In this document: piece after piece, positions 1 to 7,521 of the stretch
Position numbering within the stretch: the first letter of the stretch is position 1
How the letters are laid out: each line of letters opens with the position of its first letter
From: a virus
DNA length: 31,317 bases
Virus record (IMG/VR): IMGVR_UViG_3300045988_067427
Span: 1 to 31,317 of that record
Direction: 5' to 3' (one strand)
Notes under the pieces: generated by a model
Databases searched by the model: none
Told to the model about the DNA's origin: nothing
Seen by the model: only the letters and a program-made list of their open reading frames with translations
Position numbers and translations under genes: made by a program

Positions 1-55
1 ATGCTTTCACTGGAGGATTGATGAGTTTCGACCCTACTACGGTCGATAGGCCGTC
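1..55. repeat. 55-nt terminal overlap identical to 31263..31317 (circular-assembly signature)
   Basis: Positions 1-55 (atgctttcactggagg...gataggccgtc) recur exactly at 31263-31317. The repeat spans the stop of CDS 30219..31283 and the start of CDS 21..638, so the unique sequence is 31,262 nt and closes into a circle. Confidence 0.9.
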
Positions 56-638
56 TAATGACCAGGGTATTCGTGAGGTTGTTAACCGCCTGGAGGCTAT
101 GGAGAACCGCATAAACGAACTCACTGCCACTATCGGTGGCGAAGGGGCGGTCTATAACCGATCTCTTTTCCACGTTAAGGGTCATGCGAAGTTCGATGGG
201 ACCCTTGAGATTGCTGAAGGCCTGATTGGTGACAAGGCACTTAAGTCTCAGATCGCTGTTGATGCGGGTAATTCCCGCAATCTTGACTGGTCTCCGGTGA
301 CTAGCTGGACCACAGGGGTGTCTACGTTCGTTGTGGCCCCTTCATGGGCTACTAAAGCGCTGGTCATAGCGGGTGGTTCTATCATGCCTAACTACGACGC
401 TAACGCTGGCACCCCTGCGTGCTGGGGTAGGGTCGAGTGCAGGGGGCAATACAGCCCTGACTTCCTGTCTTTCTTGGGATCATCGGCTATCCCATCTAAT
501 ATCTCGTGGCCATTCTTCACTGTACCGGACGAACGAGAAGGGGGGATTGAGGTTAATTGCCAGGCTAAGCTTTATAGCGGTAGTTCTAATAGAGGCGGAC
601 GCTGTTTTGTGTCCGCTGTTGTATTGTGGTTGAGGTGA
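21..638 (+). CDS. Minor tail / putative receptor-binding protein (205 aa)
   Basis: The track ORF is 18..638 (TTG start). I prefer ATG 21, which follows GGAGG (12-16) and overlaps the TGA of the upstream tail gene (TGATG). N-terminal helical heptads (REVVNRLEAMENRINEL) are followed by a Cys-bearing, beta-rich C-terminal half. It is the last ORF of the tail block, and the function is positional inference only. Confidence 0.65.
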   Translation: MSFDPTTVDRPSNDQGIREVVNRLEAMENRINELTATIGGEGAVYNRSLFHVKGHAKFDGTLEIAEGLIGDKALKSQIAVDAGNSRNLDWSPVTSWTTGVSTFVVAPSWATKALVIAGGSIMPNYDANAGTPACWGRVECRGQYSPDFLSFLGSSAIPSNISWPFFTVPDEREGGIEVNCQAKLYSGSSNRGGRCFVSAVVLWLR

Positions 639-639
639 T

Positions 640-1077
640 ATGTTGAGCCCTGAGACTATGGGTAGCCTTATAGGGGCTATCCTAGCGGGTATTTTAGCGG
701 TTGGTTACAGTGGTGTAAAAGTATATAAAGCTATGTCAGGATCGCTTAAGAGGATAAAAGATCTTACTGCTGACCTGAAAGCTGATACTGAAGCGCTGGT
801 CTACGACAAGACTGATGCTGAAGGTAACACAGTTCAGGATAAGTTGAATATTCTACTTAAGCAGGCTGACAAGACTAATACTGACCTCGAGATTCTTTCG
901 TCTACAACGGCGGAAATTAAGGGGGTACTGAACCGGCACGATAAAGAGATTGGTCGGTTTAATGACAATATCACCCAGATTAACGATCGTGTGTCTAACA
1001 CCGAGCGTATGTTGACTTCTAGATTAGAAGAGCACGGCCAGCGCCTACTGGCCGTGGAGACAAGGAAGGAGGGTTAA
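640..1077 (+). CDS. Membrane-anchored coiled-coil protein, function unknown (lysis- or tail-associated)
   Basis: ATG 640 lies one nt after the upstream stop, with GAGGTG just upstream. An N-terminal hydrophobic helix (GSLIGAILAGILAVGYSGV) is followed by ~110 aa of charged, heptad-like sequence. The gene sits directly before the endolysin gene. Confidence 0.7.
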   Translation: MLSPETMGSLIGAILAGILAVGYSGVKVYKAMSGSLKRIKDLTADLKADTEALVYDKTDAEGNTVQDKLNILLKQADKTNTDLEILSSTTAEIKGVLNRHDKEIGRFNDNITQINDRVSNTERMLTSRLEEHGQRLLAVETRKEG

Positions 1078-1932
1078 ATGGGGTATGTGTCTGTGGGCCC
1101 TAAATACAATGGGCAGGAAGCTTACGCTGCGGAGATTCCGGCTAAGTGGTACCGCTTGTTTAAGAAGGTTATGGCCAGGGATAACCCGGATATCAGCGTT
1201 ATCCTAGTGCAGGCTCTAGGAGGGGCTAAGGCTAGCGCCGGGACTCACTCTGACGGGTGGGCATTTGACTTCCAGGACTGGCACCTGAGCAGTTCCCAGA
1301 TCGAGCGTCTGGTTGCTTGTGCCAGGCGTTATGGTGGTGTGGCCTGGGCTCGCTATAGGAGTCAGGGTTTTGAGCCCCATATTCACGTGGCCTGCGACTC
1401 TGGCGGAAGTTCAGACACAGCTTGCCAGTACCAGGTAGTAGCTGCGCATGCTGGCTACAACGGCCTAGGCTACCGCGGCCGTAAGGCGTCAGACAATCAC
1501 CCAGCCCCTGCCAGGTGGGTGACTTGTGCTCAGGGTATAGGCCTGATGGAGGCCACACTGGCAGGATTCCAATCAAGTACGGAAGGACCAGAGTTGAATA
1601 AAGCTGATTTGATTCAGGCGGTACGCGAGGGCGTTGGCGGACTGAACTGGGGTGACGAGAAGTTCGGGGCGTACCTCGGACGTATGCAGGCTGCCTGCCA
1701 GACTGCTGCGTACTATGCCCACCAGGCTGCCACCCAGACTGCCTCGATCACCCGGCCGGGCGACCCGGCTGCTGACTCTAATGGGCAGGTTGTGATCCGC
1801 CAGGAGATCGCTGACGCTAAGACGCGCATCACTGCGGTGCAGGCTCAGGTGGAGGAGCTGCGCAACTCTATCTCTGTGCTGGCTGATCTGGTGCGAGGCC
1901 TGGCTCCCCGGGATCCTGGCGTCAACGCCTGA
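1078..1932 (+). CDS. Endolysin, LAS/M15-type zinc peptidase
   Basis: GGAGGG RBS. Carries H-x6-D (THSDGWAFD) plus H-x-H (EPHIHVA), the signature of VanY/M15-like cell-wall peptidases. The Ala/Gln-rich C-terminal half has an unknown role. Lysis-cassette position. Confidence 0.8.
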   Translation: MGYVSVGPKYNGQEAYAAEIPAKWYRLFKKVMARDNPDISVILVQALGGAKASAGTHSDGWAFDFQDWHLSSSQIERLVACARRYGGVAWARYRSQGFEPHIHVACDSGGSSDTACQYQVVAAHAGYNGLGYRGRKASDNHPAPARWVTCAQGIGLMEATLAGFQSSTEGPELNKADLIQAVREGVGGLNWGDEKFGAYLGRMQAACQTAAYYAHQAATQTASITRPGDPAADSNGQVVIRQEIADAKTRITAVQAQVEELRNSISVLADLVRGLAPRDPGVNA

Positions 1933-1987
1933 CAGCCTGAAAGGAGGTGTGGTCCCCTGGTAGATAATATCAGGGGACTCTCCCCCA

Positions 1988-2695
1988 ATGAAAGACTACT
2001 TGAAAAAGAAACCATTGTATGACTACAGGTCATACGGTGGGTGGGGTATACAGCGGCCTGAACATGGTACCTTAGGTCGCTTCGACCCGGCCATGACTAA
2101 GCTACTACCCGACGGCCGCACGTTCGAACTCAAGATGCAGTTCGACAGGCCGGCCTACCTCATGTACATCGAGGCAGGGGCCACACACGAGAAGGCGCTG
2201 CACAACTCGCTGAGGTGTGGTTCGTGGGCAAGCCTGTACAACGTCAAGGGTGAGGGCTACTGGTCTATGTGGGTCAAGAACCCACCCTCCTGGACGACTG
2301 AGATGGTAGCTATGCTGTGGCCCGAGGAAGACTCTAGGTGGCCTGAGGGCGAGATCAACTTTATGGAGACTCAGTCTGACAAGACCAAGACTCAGCTGAA
2401 TCTCCACTGGCCCTCGCCTAAAGACCGCTCTCCACAGCACTGGCCTGTGACGATCGACCTCGATACACGACAGTGGCACAAGTACGGGGTGCGTATCTAC
2501 CCCGACTGTATACGGTGGTTTGTAGACGACAAGATGGTGAGACACCTCGACACAGAGTTCTCACCCTACAACACCAAGCTGCACTTCGCTGTGCAGTGCG
2601 GTGTGAATCAGAACTTCGGGGTGATGTGGCACAAGGACATCGCCTGGGAAGAGAACATGTACATCATCCCTGAGAGAGCCCCAGGGATACTGTAG
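1988..2695 (+). CDS. GH16 / concanavalin-like glucanase-fold protein
   Basis: Pattern match to GH16 enzymes: GYWSMWV, WPEGEINFME (the E-x-D-x-x-E catalytic position, here E-I-N-F-M-E), WHKYGVRIYPDCIRWFVDDK and LHFAVQCGVN. No signal peptide seen. Lies between the endolysin and the holin. Confidence 0.7.
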   Translation: MKDYLKKKPLYDYRSYGGWGIQRPEHGTLGRFDPAMTKLLPDGRTFELKMQFDRPAYLMYIEAGATHEKALHNSLRCGSWASLYNVKGEGYWSMWVKNPPSWTTEMVAMLWPEEDSRWPEGEINFMETQSDKTKTQLNLHWPSPKDRSPQHWPVTIDLDTRQWHKYGVRIYPDCIRWFVDDKMVRHLDTEFSPYNTKLHFAVQCGVNQNFGVMWHKDIAWEENMYIIPERAPGIL

Positions 2696-2706
2696 TTAGG
2701 AGACAC

Positions 2707-3012
2707 ATGGATATTACTACGCTCGCCACTGTACCGGCTATGCTCGCTATCGTCGAGCTTCTGAAGCGCCTCGGCCTTCCGGCTAAGGCAGCTATGCCGG
2801 TTACTGTGGTACTGTCGGTCGCTCTGGGCCTGGCTCAGACTTTCCTTGGAGGTGATCCTGTCTACCAGGCTGCCGCTAAGTACCTGCTGATGGGTCTCGG
2901 TGCGTGTGGCCTCTACGATGCAGCTAAGATCGCATCCCCAACCGTGGAGCAGAAGAACGAGTTGAACACCACTGTCCCTCGTCGTGCTGAGGCTCCTGAG
3001 GTGACTGCCTGA
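2707..3012 (+). CDS. Holin-like membrane protein
   Basis: AGGAGA RBS. 101 aa with hydrophobic helices (TVPAMLAIVELL, MPVTVVLSVALGLAQTFL, YLLMGLGACGLY) and a charged C-terminal tail. Last gene before the terminator, adjacent to the lysins. Confidence 0.65.
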   Translation: MDITTLATVPAMLAIVELLKRLGLPAKAAMPVTVVLSVALGLAQTFLGGDPVYQAAAKYLLMGLGACGLYDAAKIASPTVEQKNELNTTVPRRAEAPEVTA

Positions 3013-3023
3013 TCTAAGGCATA

Positions 3024-3059
3024 AATTAACCCCCTACCTGTTTAGGTAGGGGGTTAATT
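3024..3059. terminator. Bidirectional intrinsic terminator at the convergence of the two arms
   Basis: Perfect 16-bp stem aattaaccccctacct / aggtagggggttaatt with a 4-nt loop gttt and A/T-rich flanks on both sides. Lies between the end of the + arm (3012) and the end of the - arm (3078). Confidence 0.8.
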
Positions 3060-3077
3060 GTTTTCTAGGGTCATAGG

Positions 3078-3158
3078 CTACCACCGTTCATTGAGGAAGT
3101 ATCCTACCACCAGGCCTAGTGCTAGGGCCAGCAGCACCATAGCAACGCACATGTCCAT
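3078..3158 (-). CDS. 26-aa hydrophobic micro-protein (hypothetical)
   Basis: Not in the track (<60 aa). ATG 3158 has GGGAG 5 nt upstream. Product MDMCVAMVLLALALGLVVGYFLNERW is a single hydrophobic helix. The ATG follows one nt after the stop of the upstream small ORF. Confidence 0.35.
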   Translation of the reverse strand: MDMCVAMVLLALALGLVVGYFLNERW

Positions 3159-3159
3159 G

Positions 3160-3309
3160 TCAACTCCCTAGATGTTTCTTGATGATGCGCTTGATAATCT
3201 TCTCAGGTGGCCAGCAATACAGGCCTGAGACCTGAGCGATCTCTTGACCACACGCCAGACGTTGCTCCTGGCTAGTGTGAGGGTAGTAGTAGCGCAGCTG
3301 TGCTGCCAT
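3160..3309 (-). CDS. 49-aa hypothetical protein
   Basis: Not in the track. ATG 3309, product MAAQLRYYYPHTSQEQRLACGQEIAQVSGLYCWPPEKIIKRIIKKHLGS, stop TGA at 3160-3162. Fills the gap in the - strand operon. Weak RBS. Confidence 0.45.
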   Translation of the reverse strand: MAAQLRYYYPHTSQEQRLACGQEIAQVSGLYCWPPEKIIKRIIKKHLGS

Positions 3310-3323
3310 GGCTTCCGGGTCAA

Positions 3324-3590
3324 TCACCATAGTGCGTCTCCAATCGAGTCGATCTCGTCCATGAGGTTGTCTAGTTCACAGTAGTAGCAGTATGCGGCCA
3401 AGTAGTCAGGCAGGTCCACACCGTCCCAAGTTACCCTACCTTCAGCAGCGTGTTCAATGTCAATCTTGAGGTTGATGAGGATGCCCTCCTGTAGGTCCTC
3501 ACCGTACACGTTGAGCACGTGGTCGTGTAGCTCAGCAAGGTCAATACCGTTCTCGGCTACGTACTCGGGGTCTCGCTTGAATCCTAGCAT
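3324..3590 (-). CDS. 88-aa strongly acidic hypothetical protein
   Basis: Track ORF 3324..3752 trimmed to ATG 3590. GGAGGC lies 6 nt upstream, and the ATG overlaps the stop of the upstream gene (ATGCTAG). Very D/E-rich. Confidence 0.7.
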   Translation of the reverse strand: MLGFKRDPEYVAENGIDLAELHDHVLNVYGEDLQEGILINLKIDIEHAAEGRVTWDGVDLPDYLAAYCYYCELDNLMDEIDSIGDALW

Positions 3591-4039
3591 TGTGTTGCCT
3601 CCATGTCGTCTAGCAGGTATACCAGCGGTGAGCGTTCTACTCCGGGTATAGCCCTCAGTTTTGTGATTGTTTCTTTCAGGTTCAGGTCCCGCGGGATCAT
3701 CCTGAACGCCTCTACTTCTAGCACACTTTTGAAGTGAGTGTCTAGTACCCATTCAGCCCTCTTCAGGAGGGCAGACACGGGGTTGGTAACGAGGTCACCT
3801 ACTAGACTGTCGTCGATGCCCTCACCCATGTGGTCGTACAGCTCTTCACCGCACGGTAGGTACCTATCTGCGGCCTTCTGGCAGTACTGCACTGCCCAGT
3901 AGCGGGGGCATACCCACAACTCCCACTCCCACATGAAGTCGTCTATCAGCTCATCATAGCCCCACTCGGACAGCTTGTCGAGGACCTTAAGGTGACCCGG
4001 TGTAGCTGATACTTTACGAAGCTCATCAATAGTATACAT
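3584..4039 (-). CDS. 151-aa acidic hypothetical protein
   Basis: Long ORF tightly packed in the operon (TGAACAATG junction with the upstream ORF). Trp/Glu-rich with no recognisable motif. Confidence 0.8.
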   Translation of the reverse strand: MYTIDELRKVSATPGHLKVLDKLSEWGYDELIDDFMWEWELWVCPRYWAVQYCQKAADRYLPCGEELYDHMGEGIDDSLVGDLVTNPVSALLKRAEWVLDTHFKSVLEVEAFRMIPRDLNLKETITKLRAIPGVERSPLVYLLDDMEATQC

Positions 4040-4042
4040 TGT

Positions 4043-4216
4043 TCACCGATCCACTACGAGGAAGGTCGCTTCGATTGGAGTGTGCTGGCTGGAGTCCCAG
4101 TAGATGTCTCCCAGCTCACTGGTGTAGAGGTAACCGCACTCGAGGAGTGCCTCGATGCTAGCCCCGTAGAAGTCTTCGACGGTTTCGACTCGGATTGTTC
4201 CCTGCGTTTCGATCAT
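4043..4216 (-). CDS. 57-aa acidic hypothetical protein, probably leaderless
   Basis: Not in the track. Product MIETQGTIRVETVEDFYGASIEALLECGYLYTSELGDIYWDSSQHTPIEATFLVVDR. The ATG lies exactly 6 nt downstream of a TGtTAAGAT extended -10 box. Fills the gap between two - strand genes. Confidence 0.55.
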   Translation of the reverse strand: MIETQGTIRVETVEDFYGASIEALLECGYLYTSELGDIYWDSSQHTPIEATFLVVDR

Positions 4217-4222
4217 GGATCT

Positions 4223-4252
4223 ATCTTAACACACTCTAGAGGGATTGCACAA
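4223..4252 (-). promoter_or_regulatory. Candidate extended -10 promoter (TTGTGC-N18-TGtTAAGAT) with leaderless geometry
   Basis: On the - strand the -10 TAAGAT is at 4228-4223, preceded by TGt. The -35-like TTGTGC is at 4252-4247. The spacer segment agagtgtgt resembles that of the promoter at 14381-14409. The ATG at 4216 follows after 6 nt. Confidence 0.45.
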
Positions 4253-5849
4253 CTTCAGGCTGCCACTCTCCCGGAGTGTCTAGCCCGGTGACGACGAGGT
4301 CCTGTGACCCCGACTTAGTTTCTACTTGAATACTTAACGACTCTGCCTGTCGAGATATGTACAGACTGTTGTCTGACCAGGCATGCAGGGCCACTGACCC
4401 CGCCAACGCGGCACCCCCAGTGGACGGCATGTCTTTGCTGGCCTTACGTGTGTGGTGCACTATAAGCTGAGCGCACCCCGTAGCCTGTGCTACAGCCTTG
4501 ATGGGCTGGAGTATCTGCCCGTACATAGCCTGTGAGTCATTGATCGACTCCGTGGTCAGCATAGATAGCGTGTCGTAACACACCAGGCCTATGCCCATAG
4601 ACTCTATGGTCTCACCTATCTCCTCGGCTAGTTCCGGTGACAGCCCCTGTGTGGGCCTGCCCGCTATATAGAGCGGGATCTCCCCGTCAGGTGGATTCAG
4701 CTCCAGCACACCGGACTTACAGGTTATGTACCCTCGAGGGTCATTGTTGGGGAAGCGACACTGGAGAATAGTCTGTACGCGAGACCACACGCGCGATAGG
4801 CTGTCCTCCGCCTCGATGATGAGGCAGGGTGCCTGATGTGACCTAGCGTACCCTAGCACTGGCTGACCTAGAGACAAGCTGATAGCCATATCCAGCATGA
4901 TCCAGCTCTTGTAGTGTTTAGGCGGTGCAGCTATGAAGCCGCATCCCCCCTCCTCTACCAGCCCGTCTATACGCCACCGGGGTGGAGGCATGTTGACTAG
5001 CTCAGACAGCTTCCTGATCTGAAGCAAGGGCTCTCTAGGTGAATCTTCAACTATCTCGATAGCTAGCTCAGGTTCAGCCTTAGACCGTGTGTGGTCTAGC
5101 TTTGCAGCCACTCTCTGGACCTCAGCCTTGAGCTTGTCGAGTGACCCCCACTTGTTTAGAGATGTGTGTCTGATCAAGCCGGGGATGAACTCAGCCTCAA
5201 CACCACACTCCAGCATGCTGGCTATAGCCGCATACAGTTGTGATGACCTGTCACCTAGAGCTTTGCTAGCGCGCAGCTGCCCTGCTATAGACGACGAGCT
5301 ACCGTCCAGTGTCCTGTACACTGCTGAGGCTAGCTCACCAGGAGTCTGGGTGGTCCCGTATATCGGACGCCCTACCATGCAGCCTCGCTTGTGCGAGGGG
5401 GTGCCAGGTACCCTGAGTAGCTGAGTAGCGTCCCAGCCCCCAGGGTCGCACCCTAGCACATGGCTGACGGCCCTAGACAGGCTGTCCTGGTCAGGCTGAG
5501 GTAAAGTCTCAGTCAGTCTCCAGATAGCCTGCGTGTGGCCCGGACTGCTAGACCACACAGCGATGGGGTTGGTGCCCTCAGTGTGGCCGTCGTCTACATC
5601 AGACCAGATCAGCGGGCCCGCTTTGAGGTACTCCGCTTTCCTTTCCGGCTTACTGAAAAGACCGGGAGTGAAATATACATCCTGCCCAGCTTCAACGAGA
5701 GACCGAATGTAGTGTTTCGCTTCGTCAAGTTGGTCCACAACCCTAAAGGCTTGGCCCGGGTTGAAAGCCTGACCCGGCCACGTGATCCCACAGATGAAAA
5801 AATACCCATCACAACCCCTCCAAAGAGTCTCGAAGAATCTCATCCTCAA
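4236..5849 (-). CDS. Bifunctional primase-polymerase (AEP prim-pol) fused to a RecA/DnaB-like helicase NTPase
   Basis: N-terminal prim-pol motifs DVYFTPGLF, IWSDVDD, SSSPGHTQAIW and LRVPGTPSHKRG. C-terminal NTPase with Walker A-like AAPPKHYKSW, CLIIEAED and LIVHHTRK. The track start is TTG 5849; ATG 5843 is equally possible. Confidence 0.85.
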   Translation of the reverse strand: MRMRFFETLWRGCDGYFFICGITWPGQAFNPGQAFRVVDQLDEAKHYIRSLVEAGQDVYFTPGLFSKPERKAEYLKAGPLIWSDVDDGHTEGTNPIAVWSSSPGHTQAIWRLTETLPQPDQDSLSRAVSHVLGCDPGGWDATQLLRVPGTPSHKRGCMVGRPIYGTTQTPGELASAVYRTLDGSSSSIAGQLRASKALGDRSSQLYAAIASMLECGVEAEFIPGLIRHTSLNKWGSLDKLKAEVQRVAAKLDHTRSKAEPELAIEIVEDSPREPLLQIRKLSELVNMPPPRWRIDGLVEEGGCGFIAAPPKHYKSWIMLDMAISLSLGQPVLGYARSHQAPCLIIEAEDSLSRVWSRVQTILQCRFPNNDPRGYITCKSGVLELNPPDGEIPLYIAGRPTQGLSPELAEEIGETIESMGIGLVCYDTLSMLTTESINDSQAMYGQILQPIKAVAQATGCAQLIVHHTRKASKDMPSTGGAALAGSVALHAWSDNSLYISRQAESLSIQVETKSGSQDLVVTGLDTPGEWQPEVVQSL

Positions 5850-6114
5850 CCCTAGCTATCTCTTCCTGGTAGGTATCTGGTGTGACACATGCCCAATACC
5901 CTCCGGCTGACATGATATCAGACCCAACCTTGATCTGCCACTGGCTCAAAGATGAGCCTGTTTTAAGCTCCAGACCTACGAACCTACCTCTGAAACAGGC
6001 TATGAGGTCTGGTATGCCTTTCTTAGTGTACTGGCTGGCGTGGTATTTGACAACCCACCAACCACGTGACTCTATATACTTCTGAACTTGTCTTGAGAAT
6101 GTGCTCTCTAGCAT
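5809..6114 (-). CDS. VRR-NUC domain nuclease
   Basis: Track ORF 5809..6255 trimmed to ATG 6114, because the upstream part overlaps the preceding gene. Carries the VRR-NUC signature GIPDLIACFRGRFVGLELKT. Confidence 0.75.
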   Translation of the reverse strand: MLESTFSRQVQKYIESRGWWVVKYHASQYTKKGIPDLIACFRGRFVGLELKTGSSLSQWQIKVGSDIMSAGGYWACVTPDTYQEEIARVEDEILRDSLEGL

Positions 6115-6151
6115 GCCCAGGGCAGGGCTCCTGTCCCTGCCCCAGACTATG

Positions 6152-6598
6152 TCAGAGAATGTCGTCGAACTCGCCGAATTCGTCATCAACAGGCTGCTGG
6201 TCATCGTCCTTGACCTTAAGGTCGACCTCAGAGAACTGGGCCACACGTGCCACACGTGACCTCAACTTGCCATAGAATGTATCATCCTCAAGCTCAACGT
6301 TGATCTTTTTACCAACGTACTTGTCAGGGTCAATCTGTACAACCTTGCTAGGAACCTTAGTACCAGCTGCCTCGATCAGCTCACGAAGTTTCCACAGCTG
6401 ATTAGGGACGATCTTGCAGTAGTAGGGGTAGCGTCCAGGGCCACATTCAATAGCAAAGACAAGCATGTCAGTGCCGTCTTTCTTAGCTTTGGCCAGCTCC
6501 ACACCGGCTATCTCAGCGTTGTACACGCCCGGCTCCTGATGAGCAGCGGTGTACGTGGGGGCCTTGACGTTACTGAAGTCGATCGAGAGTTTAGCCAT
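6152..6598 (-). CDS. DUF669-like / SSB-like protein with acidic C-terminal tail
   Basis: The pattern PGVYNAEIAGVELAKAKKDGTDMLVFAIE is typical of DUF669 proteins that accompany Sak4-like ATPases. The C-terminus DDEFGEFDDIL resembles SSB protein-interaction tails. Confidence 0.7.
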   Translation of the reverse strand: MAKLSIDFSNVKAPTYTAAHQEPGVYNAEIAGVELAKAKKDGTDMLVFAIECGPGRYPYYCKIVPNQLWKLRELIEAAGTKVPSKVVQIDPDKYVGKKINVELEDDTFYGKLRSRVARVAQFSEVDLKVKDDDQQPVDDEFGEFDDIL

Positions 6599-6866
6599 TG
6601 TTAGAGTTCCTTTCCTTAAGGACTGATCGGATGTAGTCGATTGTAGCGGATGTTGTGGTGAAGAAGCAAACCGTGATGGTGAACATATCGCGGTTCATGT
6701 GGTCGTTGTAGCGTACCTCATACTGGCCTACCTGATGAGCCACAGTGATGGGGTTGGGGATGTCGATCACTGCGAGATCCTTGTGCTCGAAGCGCCAGGG
6801 CAAGTCATCCATCTGGTCACACAACCTGACAAGAGCGTTACTACAGACCTTTGAAAAATCAATCAT
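6591..6866 (-). CDS. 91-aa hypothetical protein
   Basis: ORF with 8-nt overlaps to both neighbours in the replication operon. No recognisable motif. Confidence 0.7.
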   Translation of the reverse strand: MIDFSKVCSNALVRLCDQMDDLPWRFEHKDLAVIDIPNPITVAHQVGQYEVRYNDHMNRDMFTITVCFFTTTSATIDYIRSVLKERNSNNG

Positions 6867-7521
6867 GTGTGAGGTACCTTTCCAGTCGCTCCCAAGTGGG
6901 AGACCCCAGCCAGGGCTTTCGAGCTGCGATATCAGCCCTGCACCCTGCCACGATACCCTGTGTGGGCTTGAGCCACATACGGTACCCGGTGTTGGAGTCT
7001 CGCTTAACTGACTCTGTGTAGCCTATCACGTCCGCATACATTAGCGCAAACTGTCGAGCTTGACCGGGAAGGGCCAGCGTGACCTCCTTGGTCTGAGCCA
7101 CATCGGCATCTTCTGGGTCAGCCTCATCCACATAGGTGACTTTAGCCTGGCCCGTCAGGACCACAGGGGTATCAAGGCCCCGCAGAGTGAGGATCAGTGA
7201 CTTGATCAGTTCGTTGGCCTGGCCGTACTGGGGCAGGCTGACAGGCTTAGAGACCGTCAGGAGGTCCCCTCGCTTACGTCCCGATACGAAATTCAGTGCC
7301 AGCTCATGGGCCACAGTGATGCTGTCTATAGATACAGCCTGAGGAGGCTTAGCGACAATTGCCTGAACCTCTTTAGCCAGAGCTTCCCAAGTGTCTACCT
7401 GTGTGGTCTCGGCCTGTACTGCACGGGTGCCGCCTTCGAGGTCAATAATCTTAACCCCAGGCACCGTAGCTGCGAACGTCGTTTTCCCAGTCTTAGGCTG
7501 TCCGTATACTAGTGTGATCAT
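6859..7521 (-). CDS. AAA_24 / Sak4-like RecA-type recombination ATPase
   Basis: N-terminal P-loop MITLVYGQPKTGKTTFA followed by IIDLEGG. Size and neighbours (DUF669, PD-(D/E)XK nuclease) fit the family. Confidence 0.8.
   Translation of the reverse strand: MITLVYGQPKTGKTTFAATVPGVKIIDLEGGTRAVQAETTQVDTWEALAKEVQAIVAKPPQAVSIDSITVAHELALNFVSGRKRGDLLTVSKPVSLPQYGQANELIKSLILTLRGLDTPVVLTGQAKVTYVDEADPEDADVAQTKEVTLALPGQARQFALMYADVIGYTESVKRDSNTGYRMWLKPTQGIVAGCRADIAARKPWLGSPTWERLERYLTHD

Noticed and set aside
1-55. The 55-nt end duplication as a biological direct terminal repeat or as ends of a mobile element.
   Set aside because: It cuts through two ordinary tail genes that read continuously across the junction, and it has no associated packaging signals. 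It is best explained as assembly overlap of a circular or circularly permuted molecule.
3591-3752. N-terminal extensions of track ORFs: 3324..3752, and likewise 5809..6255 and 14137..14409.
   Set aside because: The extensions overlap the upstream gene, or the promoter in the case of 14137..14409, and translate to Arg/Ser/Pro-rich sequence. Internal ATGs with RBSs give compact, coupled genes.
4082-4291. 69-aa + strand ORF between the primase gene and ORF 3584..4039.
   Set aside because: It is antisense to the operon and has no RBS. The opposite-strand 57-aa ORF (4043..4216) fits the gene packing and has a promoter at leaderless distance.
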